From Trichoplax sp. H2 (taxonomy: Eukaryota), in the NCBI GenBank assembly GCA_003344405.1, contig NOWV01000108.1, positions 1-64,000 of the forward strand: DNA of 64,000 nt, written 5' to 3'. The translations under genes were made by a program, and so were the position numbers. Numbering within the stretch: position 1 is the first letter of the stretch; every line of letters begins with the position of its first letter. Shown one piece after another: positions 1 to 11,070 of the stretch. The notes beneath the pieces were generated by a model, which searched no databases, had not been told where the DNA came from, and saw nothing but the letters and a program-made list of their open reading frames with translations.

Positions 1-462
1 GGGCGAGGATGCTTGTCATCGACGCTGCGTATCGCGCAAAAATAGTGTCACCTAGAGTCATTGATTTCTCTATCAAGAGAGTATTCTTTGGGCGACATTA
101 CTTTCGCTGCGCTTCCTCGATGCCATAGGTAGCAATGCTGCTGAAATGGCTACAGGCTCTATCTTCAATACATTGGTCCAAATAGATCTGCAAGTTTGCT
201 GACTTTATTGGATTGAAGCTTGGCCAATTTGCTTAGACAAGTATCATCGAGGTATAGAGCCGTTTCAGCGGTATGGATTGGACATGTCGCAGGGAAATGG
301 TGCGCAGTCCAATGGGTAGGGAAGTCCATCAAGGACACTGACATAGGGATAGCTAAAATCTTCATCGATTTGACAAAGAAAGGCAGCTTTTTCTGCTACT
401 TCGTATACTAGGATGATTGCGACATTATTATTGCGATGAGTGCCTTCACAGCAACCATGCTG

Positions 463-972
463 CTACAATAGCCAAATAAGCTAGCTGCAATAGCCAAATA
501 AGCTAGCTGCAATAGCCAAATAAGCTAGCTACAATAGCCGAATAAGCTAGCTGCAACATCCGAATAAGCTAGCTGCAACATCCAAATAAGCTAGCTGCAA
601 CATCCAAATAAGCTAGCTGCAATAGCCAAATAAGCTAGCTGCAACATCCAAATAAGCTAGCTGCAATAGCCAAATAAGCTAGCTACAATAGCCAAATAAG
701 CTAGCTGCAGTAGCCAAATAAGCTAGCTGCAATAGCCAAATAAGCTACCTACAATAGCCGAATAAGCTAGCTGCAATAGCCAAATAAACTGGCTAAAATA
801 GCCAAATAAGCTAGCTGCAATAGCCAAATAAAGTAGCTAAAATAAGCTAGCTGCAATAGCCCAAAAGAATGGCTAAAATAACCCAAAAGCTAGCTAAATA
901 ACCAAATAAACTAGCTGCAACACCCAAATAAGCTAGCTACAATTGCCAAATAAACTAGCTAAAATAGCTAAA
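463..972. repeat. 21-bp minisatellite (CTGCAATAGCCAAATAAGCTAG-type unit), about 23-24 copies, degenerating towards the 3' end
   Basis: Near-perfect tandem copies are visible from about 463 to 780, followed by decayed copies to about 970. Confidence 0.95.
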
Positions 973-1479
973 ATCTCAAGCAATTTTACAAAGAAATGCA
1001 GCTTTTCCTACTAACTCGTACACTAGCATGACTACGATATTATTTTTACTAGGAGTACCTGCACACCATGCAGAGCGAGCATACTGTAATGTCTGCACGC
1101 CTACTGTGCAGCCATTACTTTGACAAGAGTGTAGGTATACTACTATGGTTGTCTGGGAGTGCTGACTGCCACTTTGATGGAGAATTGCTGCATTTCTCTG
1201 AATTCATCACTACCACGAAAGGGGATTTGCAGGGTGGACACAATTGGTCACGTAGGATCGGTAGAAAAAGACACCTTGTATAGGAAAGAAGAAAGAGCTT
1301 TTTGTGTGCTACCTCGCAGTATTATTAATCACCACCATGGCGAGAGTCGTATATAGACGTGTCTACGTATATTTTAGAAGGAAACTTTCTACTGTCCATA
1401 ATGCCTTTCTAGACTTGTCGACATTGATATATATATATATACTCACTAATGAGTTGATTCATGAATCTACTTGTACTGT

Positions 1480-4230
1480 ATTGATATCCAATTAATTCTT
1501 GTCTACTCATTTTAGTACTCTAGATACATAGTCGTATCTTGTATACAGTATTGCTTTTAATAGTAAACATATTACCCCATTAACCCGTAGATCCGTCCAT
1601 ACTTTATGTTATTACTATCACTAAAAGTACATCAGTTTCTTCATCACCTGGATCTGATTTGTAAATAACAAGCCCAAAATACCCAAGCAGTATTCATTCA
1701 TATTGCAATTAGTTTATGTACCCTTGTATTCAACGATGGTGGATGAATATCAACAATCATCTGATGATAATGAGGATCAAGGTAAATGAGTTTATTATCT
1801 ACAGAAGATTAAACAATATTGACAGTGGATCAGTTAAATGAATATGATTAATAAAAGTGTGGTTTAAAAATTTTATCACACAATCACAAAAATGAAAATA
1901 GCTTGAAATCCAATAAAGGTTACCGAATGGCGAGGCTTGCCTCCTAGAGTCAAGATGATTGACTACAACAGCAAGGAAAAAATTGATTACATAATCTGCA
2001 TCCAGGCACGACATTGTAGATATGAAATGGAAACATCATCAACAGCAACATTAAAAAGCTTATTACATAATCTGTATTGCAAGCACGACTGTGTAGATAT
2101 TAAATGTTCAAAAATATCAACAGTAACGAGAAAATTTGGCGCTTTCAAACGGTGCAATGTTACTGTGTATCCGTCGATTGAGCAATACTTTCGTATAACG
2201 AGAAGCACATCGGCTTCTTCATTCCCTTGTCATTGATCTCTCTAAGTTACTTGATCGATCTGTCCTAAGAACAAAGCTCCTTTCTTCTATCGCTATCATT
2301 CGTGCCCCGTTACATGAAATATTACTACAGTACAACAACTTCCCAAATTACTTAGGCAACATTGATTGATATGGACGTTGATTTTATGAGTATTACTATG
2401 ATTGATATCTTATGATCGTTTATTCATTTCAGTACAGTATTGCTTTCAAATCATGTATTACTTTATATCCTTAGATCCGGCAATACTTTACTTTAGTATC
2501 ACAAGAAAGACACTACTGTAGTTTCTTTGATCGCCTGTATTGGATTTGTAAATAACAATCCCTCCTCCCCCCTAAAAATAAATGAAGCACAAGCAGCATT
2601 AATTTATATTGACGTTTATTTCATGAGTATTACATAATCTATATCCAATGGCTGTCTACTCATTTCTGTACAGTACTATATACAAACATAATTTACATAT
2701 CCTACACTGCTTTCAAATGGTGCATTACTCCTCCTCCGTCGATTTATCCATACTTGTAATATTAGGAAAAACACATTAGTTTCTTAATTACCTCAATCTG
2801 ATCTGTCAATAACAATCTCAACTATTCCACCAGTATTAATTGATATTGATGTTGATTTTATTACCGTAGTACTGTATGTAATTTATTATTTCTATCGTAT
2901 GATTGTTTATTCATTTTAGAAAGTAAAATACTATGCCCAAATACGCGTATATAATTGCTACACGTATATCCTGCATTACTTTCCATCTGTCCATTTAGCA
3001 ATACTTTGGTACTACGACAAGTATCTAAGTTTCTTCATCAGCCCGATCTGATCAGTAGTGAACAACTAGAAAAACTACTTTGATGCTATTGATTCATAGT
3101 GACACTGATTCTGTTCATATTCTTATTTATGTCTTATGAGTATGACTGCTATTCATTTCACAAAGTACAATATTATGCCCAAGTATATCATTTAAACGTG
3201 GATATCCTACATTACTCTCCATCTGGCCATTTAGCAATACTTTGGTATTACGACAAGTATCTTAGTTTCTTCATCCCACCTAGATCTGATCAGTCGATAA
3301 CAACTCAAAAATAACTCTGATGGTATTCATGATATTATTGATATAGTATCCTACAAGCAGGACTGTCTACTCATTTCACAAAGTACAATATTATGCCCAA
3401 GTATATCATTTAAACGTGGATATCCTACATTACTCTCCATCTGGCCATTTAGCAATACTTTGGTATTACGACAAGTATGTTAGTTTCTTCATCCCACCTA
3501 GATCTGATCACTCAATAACAACTCAAAAACAACTCTGATAGTTCTGTTAAAGTGTTCATTATATTATTCATACAGTATCCTACAAGCAGGACTGTCTACT
3601 CATTTCATAAAGTACAATACTATGTCCAAGGATACGATGTAGACGCGCGGATATCCTACATTACTCTCCATCTGGCCATTTAGCAATGATGTACTTTGGT
3701 GTTGCCAGAAGGACTGTCCATTCGTTTCTTCATCACCTAGATTTGATAAGCAGATAGCAACCCTCCCCTACTCCTCCCCCATCCACCCCCAAAATACTTT
3801 AATAGTATTGATTCTATTGACGTTGATTCTGTCATTACTATTTATTTATTTATTCATTTCAGAACAATATTATACACAAATTTCTAAATTATTTATCCTA
3901 CACTGCTTTCAAATGGCGCATTAGTCGTCGATTCAGCGATACTTTAGTCTTGCAAAAGCACATCAGTTTACTTAGAACCTGGATCTGATTTGTAAACGAA
4001 TAATCCCTCCCCTACCCCCCCCCCCCAAATTTGCTAAATTGAATGGTTGTCATTCCTTTCAGTCCATGTCTTGCAAAAAGCAAATCAGTTTACTTCGAAC
4101 CTGGATCTGATTTGTAACGAACAATCCCTCCCCCACACTAAAAAATAAAAATTAGAATGATTGATTGCTATTGACGTTGATTCTATCAACATTTGTAAGT
4201 GGAATGGTTGTCATTCCTTTCAGTCCATGT
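1480..4230. repeat. Old degenerate tandem repeat array, period about 220-260 bp, about 10 copies
   Basis: The core 'caatacttt...agtttcttcatcacctggatctgatttgtaaataacaa' recurs near 1600, 2480, 2750, 3000, 3240, 3455, 3690, 3940 and 4080. Segments 3150-3360 and 3370-3590 are nearly identical. Confidence 0.85.
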
Positions 4231-5561
4231 ATATCCATGCCTCACTTACGCCATTTTTAAACCAATGGATGCATTTCTCTGCACTAGTCAATTCTACGTC
4301 CACAAAACAGCACAGTTTGTTATTTTTCCCCCCCACGACTAGTACCCCACAACTTGTCTTCTACTCCGTTGATTACAAAACATAGTTTCGGCTACGTTAG
4401 GGACTTGAACAGGAGAAGAAGAAGAAGTTTTTCCTATTCCATGCCTGTATAAGATTGATCCATTGAATTGTATGAATGGATGGAGTGTGATAAAGTATCT
4501 TCTCGAAAATACAAAAGAACTACAATTTCTTGTAAAAGTTCACTTTATTCAATAACATTAGTTTGGTCTATCCAACTGCAATCAGACTATCCATTTGGAT
4601 AATACCATGGTAGAAGAATTGAATGTGATCTACCAGCATTTTATCAAAAGCATGAAACCACAAAAAAATAGAGACTAGGACAACTCGTTCTTCCTTAAAC
4701 TTGGGCGAATCCATTCCCTCGTCTCCATGGATAGAAATAAAACACAAACTAATGCACCGTGCTGTTGTCGTCAAGTTAGCAAGATAAAATAGAACCAGTC
4801 CGCTCCATTCTCCCTAACCAATATTACAGTATTGAATCTAGAATACAAGGGGGAAGCTTAGCAAAGACATTCTTGCTGATAGTCAATCAAGAAATAAAAT
4901 GAAAATTGAACAAGATCCATAACGGCCACCTACTCCTGTACAATATCGTTATGCTGGCTTATTGGGATCCAACTTCCATCATCCATAGTTGAAATTGTCC
5001 AGCCGACGTCATCGCTGTAGAACAATCAGTCATTATCCTATTCGCATATTACAAGTAAATATCCATTTCTATCGTCCAGCCTATTCCACAGTCAGCACCT
5101 ATAATGATCTTATTTAAACAAGAGTAATTGTATGGCAAAACAATCTTCGACAAGAATTTTGTTTATCTAATCACTTTGGTCTATTTTCCTAACCTAATAT
5201 CGAAGTAAGTTCTCCATCCCTTGCTATCCTTCAACCAATACAAGTTGTCTTTGCTTCCAATCGTCCTTGACTAGGATAGCGCTCATGCTAACATCAAAGT
5301 GAAATCGCTCAGTTGGATAGCGGTAGTCGACAAGGCATTCTCAAGCAATTCATCATTTTGGATGTTTTTCTTTCCAATGATTCCTCGACAATCGATTGAA
5401 GTTGGGCCTTATTTTATGATCACTTGATTTTTTGATTTTTTTGGCTGCTTCTTCTTTCAACGTTTTATTTTAGTCATCGACAACGGTGAACTTGTTGAAA
5501 TTACTTGGACAAATTGATCATATTATCCAAAGCCACTTGAAGCAATTGGAAAAGATTGATT

Positions 5562-5583
5562 GAGAGAGAGAGAGAGAGAGAGA
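5562..5583. repeat. (GA)n microsatellite
   Basis: About 11 consecutive GA units. Confidence 0.95.
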
Positions 5584-6125
5584 AAGATTAAGGGCAAACC
5601 CCAATCATCATTACGTGACCACAACGATCAAGACTTGAAGCTGTATTCCTTTTCATTCATTGTTGGAGGGAAAATTACTTTTGCTACCATCCAACATCGA
5701 CAACTAAGGGAATACAACTAATTGTCATCGGTCCATCGTAAAACTAAATGACAAGCCAAATTGTCTCCATTGAAAGCTTCCAATGACATCTGTTGACGGT
5801 TCTTACAGCATTGACATGCTTTCAATTGCCAACGATCATTGGAAATTAATGACTCATCGACAAGACGAGTAAAATCCATCCTACCGCCGACCAAGACACC
5901 ACCAATTACTAGCCACTTTATTGATGCTGGTGTAGGGCATTTTTTCAAAACAATCAATCAATCACTCACGATTATTGACCGTATTGGAAAGCAATCCAAT
6001 TACATTAGGATTAATTTGAGTATCGAGAAGAAAAAAAAAAAGGAAAGAAAACAAGACATTTTATTCGTTGCACGCTTCACGAGAATTGATTGCAAAACTT
6101 ATCCTAGCAAATAGTACCGTCTGTC

Positions 6126-7094
6126 ATGTATCGGCAAATTCCTTTAAGATATTCCAATCAAGTCATGAATTCAATCAAGGCCCAACGGAATCGATCATCC
6201 ACTGTCAGTGAATCGTACATCTTTGAAAATAAAATTGGCAGTGGTAGTCATTCTAATGTCTATAAAGCCATTGGAAATAATCAAAGTCAAGATCAGGTGG
6301 CTGTCAAGCATTACTTTAATACTTGGTCTTGCGAGAGCCTTATTGCAAACGAAATTGCCATTTTGAAACGATTAGATCATCCTAATTGTGCCAAATTTCT
6401 CGATTTATTTGTTACTTTCAACAACGATTGCTACTTAATCTTAGAATACATTGATGGAATCGATCTATTCGATAAAGTGAAAGATGAAGGCAACCTCTCT
6501 GAATCAATCAGTCAAGCAATAATCCATCAAATTTTATCCGGTGCACAATATTTACATGATTGTCACATTGTCCATCGCGATTTAAAACCTGAAAATCTTA
6601 TTTATGACAATCATCGATACAATAGTAAGCTCAACGGCCACGATCCTAAAGTACTTGATGAGCCCCATTTTACGATTAAAATTATCGATTTTGCTTACTC
6701 GACCATAGACGATGGAAATGGCATCACTGGTGTATACGGTTCCAAGGGGTATATGGCTCCGGAAGTGGTTGAAGAAAAGATCTACAATAAAGCTATTGAC
6801 TGTTGGACTATTGGATTAATTACTTATTTCATCCTTTCTGGTCAACGTCTCTTTAACACCAATGATTATGAAACATTATGCAATACACCAGCGATATTAG
6901 ATTCTATCTTTAATGAAACTACTTGGTCATTGATTTCGCCTGATATCAAAGATTTTATCCGCCAGTTGTTAATGGTGGATCCTAAAGAAAGACTGACATG
7001 CCAAGCAGCATTAAATCATGCTTGGTTTAACCCTAAATTACAAAATTATAATGCCTTGAATAATGACAATAATTCGGCCCATCTCGACCTATAA
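6126..7094 (+). CDS. Intronless Ser/Thr protein kinase, CAMK group (CaMKI-like, divergent), 322 aa
   Basis: Motifs present: GSGSHS Gly-loop, VAVK, alphaC Glu (NEIAILKRLDHPN), HRDLKPEN, DFA (in place of DFG), GYMAPE, DCWTIG and RLTCQAALNHAW. The last closely resembles the end of the CaMKI catalytic domain. Confidence 0.9.
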   Translation: MYRQIPLRYSNQVMNSIKAQRNRSSTVSESYIFENKIGSGSHSNVYKAIGNNQSQDQVAVKHYFNTWSCESLIANEIAILKRLDHPNCAKFLDLFVTFNNDCYLILEYIDGIDLFDKVKDEGNLSESISQAIIHQILSGAQYLHDCHIVHRDLKPENLIYDNHRYNSKLNGHDPKVLDEPHFTIKIIDFAYSTIDDGNGITGVYGSKGYMAPEVVEEKIYNKAIDCWTIGLITYFILSGQRLFNTNDYETLCNTPAILDSIFNETTWSLISPDIKDFIRQLLMVDPKERLTCQAALNHAWFNPKLQNYNALNNDNNSAHLDL

Positions 7095-7269
7095 AAAAGT
7101 AATTATTAATGTCTACTTGACCACTTTTTAGTCGAGTATAACTACTACAAGATGTTGTTAATCTTTTATTCTACAAGACAAGTTTTTAGGTAGAATCCAA
7201 TAGTGTCCAAAGATACCTACAGCTAAATCTATAGTTGAACGTATACACTACTTGTATGAACTAATTTCC

Positions 7270-8030
7270 CCAAGTAATTTATCCGATGATTGCAAAGATA
7301 AACAAGTATCGTTTTCGCAGTCAACTTTATTGAAATTCTACATATTAATGGTGAAGTCATTGTTGGCATCATGCGGTTCCAACTATTGAATTCTACCAAG
7401 CAATTTATCCAACAATTGCAAAAGACAACAAGGATCGTTCTCGCAGTTAACTTTATCGAAATTCTACATGTTAATAGTTAAGGTACTGTCAAGCAATTTA
7501 TCCAACAATTGCAAAAGACCAACAAAGATCGTTCTCGCAGTCAACTTTATCGAAATTCTACATGTTAATAGTCAAGGTACTGTCAAGCAATTTATCCAAC
7601 AATTGTAAAAACCAACAAGGATCGTTCTCGCAGTCAACGTTATCGAAATTCTACATGTTAATAGTCAAGGTACTGTCAAGCAATTTATCCAACAATTGCT
7701 AAAGACCAACAAGGATCGTTCTGGCAGTCAACTTATCGAAATTCTACATGTTAATAGTCAAGGTACTGTCAAGCAATTTATCCAACAATTGCAAAAGACC
7801 AACAAAGATCGTTCTCGTAGTCAACGGTATTAAAATTCTACATATTCATAGTCAAGACATTGCTTGCTTGATGCGGTTGCACTGTTAAATTCTATCCTAC
7901 AACTTAGCCAACAATTGCAAAGACAAACTAGTATCGTTTTCGTCGTCAATTCTAGTAAAATTCTACTTATTCATACGATAATCAAGTCATTATTGGCAGT
8001 ATACTGTACAATTGCGCTATTGAATTCTAT
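7270..8030. repeat. 93-94-bp minisatellite: about 5 near-identical copies (7397-7857) plus degenerate flanking copies
   Basis: 'caagcaatttatccaacaattg...tcaaggtactgt' starts at about 7397, 7490, 7584, 7677 and 7770. Confidence 0.95.
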
Positions 8031-9904
8031 CTAGCCGTTTCAATTTATGAAATGCCAACCTACAAGTACGAGTATTTATGCAATTATCAAGATCAACGAA
8101 TTTAACGGGATAATAAAAAAGACTTTTGAGAAAAAAGGATCTTTCCCCTTTTTTGGCTAAAACCATACTTTATATTTATCTGATATCGAAAATATAACTA
8201 TATTTGTAATAGTTTAATCCTATTAATGTCGACGATACTCTTTATATAATATAATATAATTAATTCATTATACACTGTATGTATCGACATGAGTCAATTT
8301 AATATTCTTTTAAGGCTGATGAAAACATTTTTACTATGTTACACTTATTAATATCTTTCAACTCCAGATTATAGCAAATTTATTAACAGATTCTGGCCAA
8401 TGCTTATGCTGTACCCACTATGGATGGGTACTATTAGTGTTACTGCATAAAGTAACTTCTTCCTTTTTTTTGTTATACGAGCGCTATTCGCATACTAGAT
8501 GAGACCTTATAGAGATGTTGTCGTAGTACTGTCAAAGCTCGTCCATTTGATACCTACAAAAACAGACTACAGAATATTGCTGCCTTGTACATCATCTATA
8601 ATTATATAATCGTAAGTCATAGTCGATTTTATAATGAATGAAATTACTCTCTTTTACTATTAAAAAAATTGGCTAAAATTCTATTTTTATCAAGCTCAAA
8701 CTGACAATCTATTCTATTGATAGCAATCAATTTATTACTAATTAACGCGTCTCATGTTATTTTCATATATTCATTATAATTAATTGATGTAAAGTGTATT
8801 TTATAAATGCTAAAAGGGCATAACTAATTAGCCCATATCAATTACGGTTTATGATTGACGACAGTTTTGTCGTACTTTCTGGCTACAACAAATCTATCAA
8901 TCACTATAAATATTCTATTCTAAATATATAATATATAGATCGAGTGTTGCATAACAATATGCGCACTTTATTTATCGTCGAATTTTTTTCTATTTATTCT
9001 CCATTACATTATAGCACATTTTTATCGGTTCTACTAGTATAGAGTATTTATTCTGGTAGAATATTGTCCTATTTCAAAGCACTGTTTTGATTAGTTTTTC
9101 TTTGTAATGCTTTTCAACGATTATAATTAAAGGTGTTCAAAATTGATTATATATTCGGTACAGTTAGGTAGTTAAATGAAATGGATACTGTTGTACAATT
9201 TCATTCTTGATGTTTGACACCTCGGTTGTACAATAGTTATACATGAATAATTTATATTTTTAGTGCAGGTAGAGCATGCCAATAGCTAAAAGCTATACTC
9301 TGTATACAGTTAACATGTTGTCAGTTACATTCCTAACCTTGGACATTGTCCTATTCGTCGTATGTCTTAGCAACAGTTATGCATATGCAATTTGTATAAC
9401 TTTTCGGCTAGTAATGCAGATATATTGTTAGACTCTCTATGTCCAGACCTTAAAACTGGTCAATTTTGTTTTGTGTAGTAACTATTTTGTCTAATCTAAT
9501 TATCTGAGGCAGTCTTCGACTACATTACTAGCAAAGTCTCCTGGCATTTTTTTTCATGGAATAACAGAAAGCAACTCAAGTATACTCGTAGTAAACTATA
9601 CAGTATAGTATATTATAAGTTGAATTCTAAAAATCCTTAGCAAATAGCTAAGACAACTGTGCTTTACTACCAAGTACTGTACTGAATTAGATGTACTTAG
9701 CCTATCGAATTCCTTTTGGAAGACGTCATTAGAGTATTTGGTTCTGTCAGTCTCCTACATACACTATGCCAGAGGCTGACTACTCAATTTGTCTTAATGC
9801 TCTTTTTACTCATCCTTCTTATAATAAATTAATAGAAATAGATCCTGAAATTTTATTGTCAGAGGATGGACCGAAATTTGAGGGGAAATATTGTATACGA
9901 GTAA

Positions 9905-10490
9905 TCAATAAATCGCTTGAAGGATACATCTTGAGCTCATTTCGTGGTTATATGGCCCACAACATGCAACATTTTATCCATCCACACACCAATAGTGATA
10001 CCATTCGGATCCAAATCCAACACTGTATAAGATGACATCGAAATCAACCTTCGTAAAACTATCGAAGTGACAGATTTTGCAAGCTGCTAATAATTATAAA
10101 AAATATAATTAATAAATCGCTTGAAGGATACATCTTGAGCTCATCTCGCAGTTATATGGCCCACAACATGCAACATTTAACATTTTACTCATGCACACAC
10201 CAGTAGTGATACCATTCGGATCCAAATCCAACACTGTGTAAGATGACATCGAAATGAACCTTCGTAAAACTATCGAAGTGACAGATTTTGCAAGCTGCTA
10301 ATAATTATAAAGAATATAATTAATTAATAAATCGCTTGAAGGATACATCTTGAGCTCATCTCGTGATTATACGGCCCGCAACATGCAACATTTTACCCAT
10401 CCACACACCAATAGTGATACCATTCGGATCCAAATCTAACACTGTAGAAGATGACATGGAAATTAACCTTTTGCTAATAATTCTAAAGAA
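9905..10490. repeat. Tandem repeat of about 205-215 bp, 3 copies
   Basis: 'aataaatcgcttgaaggatacatcttgagctc...gataccattcggatccaaatc' occurs at about 9907, 10111 and 10327. Confidence 0.95.
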
Positions 10491-10571
10491 TATATCGAAA
10501 ATTTTATTTTCAATATGTAATTGATCAATTTATGGAAGTAGTCCATTTCATAATGTAGAATCATATGGCGG

Positions 10572-10826
10572 TCAAAACTATTGTCTGCCTAAACCACGAT
10601 GGACTTGATGCTTTAGTATGTAGCAATGGGCGAAGAAAGAGACAATAGTTTTGATAGCAAAGTTGAGTACACAAAGCTATAAAGCAGAGTACTGCATCAG
10701 GTACTAGACTGCTATAGTAAAATCTTCAAATACGACAACTATCAAAACTATTGTCTGCCAGGGCCACGTTGGAGCTGATGTTCAGTATGGAAGTAATACC
10801 AGTGAGGGGCGACAATCATTTTGATG
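10572..10826. repeat. Two tandem units of about 85 bp, each bounded by inverted repeats (MITE-like)
   Basis: TCAAAACTATTGTCT (10572) pairs with AGACAATAGTTTTGA (10640). CTATCAAAACTATTGTCT (10739) pairs with a degenerate GACAATCATTTTGA (about 10812). Confidence 0.7.
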
Positions 10827-11070
10827 CCAAGATGTAACGTATAACGTGTATAGTACGCTCATCAGTGGATACCCTTTCGTATAGGATTCGGGGAGAAATC
10901 GATCGTTCTATACCGCACCGGCATGTCTTGCTAATGCTGAACGCACACTTACCCACTGATCCTCTCCAATCTCGTTCTTGCAAAGTTAAATCTCGACATT
11001 TTAGAGACGATATCGTCGTTTATTACGCAATTACTTGTCTTAATTCGTGCTATGAGTGTTTTAAATCACG

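Noticed and set aside
1630..3740. Hammerhead ribozyme or C/D snoRNA array (minus-strand (C/G)TGATGAAGAAAC in the satellite units)
   Set aside because: There is no stem II between TGATGA and GAAAC, and no properly spaced box D or terminal stem.
4568..6114. Short ORFs upstream of the kinase
   Set aside because: No recognisable motifs; they include poly-A-derived Lys runs and are consistent with chance ORFs in promoter or UTR sequence.
9766..10035. 89-aa ORF
   Set aside because: Half of it lies in the 210-bp tandem repeat, and it shows no motif or splice support.
10855..10892. Minus-strand CGAAA...CTGATGAG hammerhead-like core
   Set aside because: Only 9 nt separate the motifs, too few to form stems I and III.
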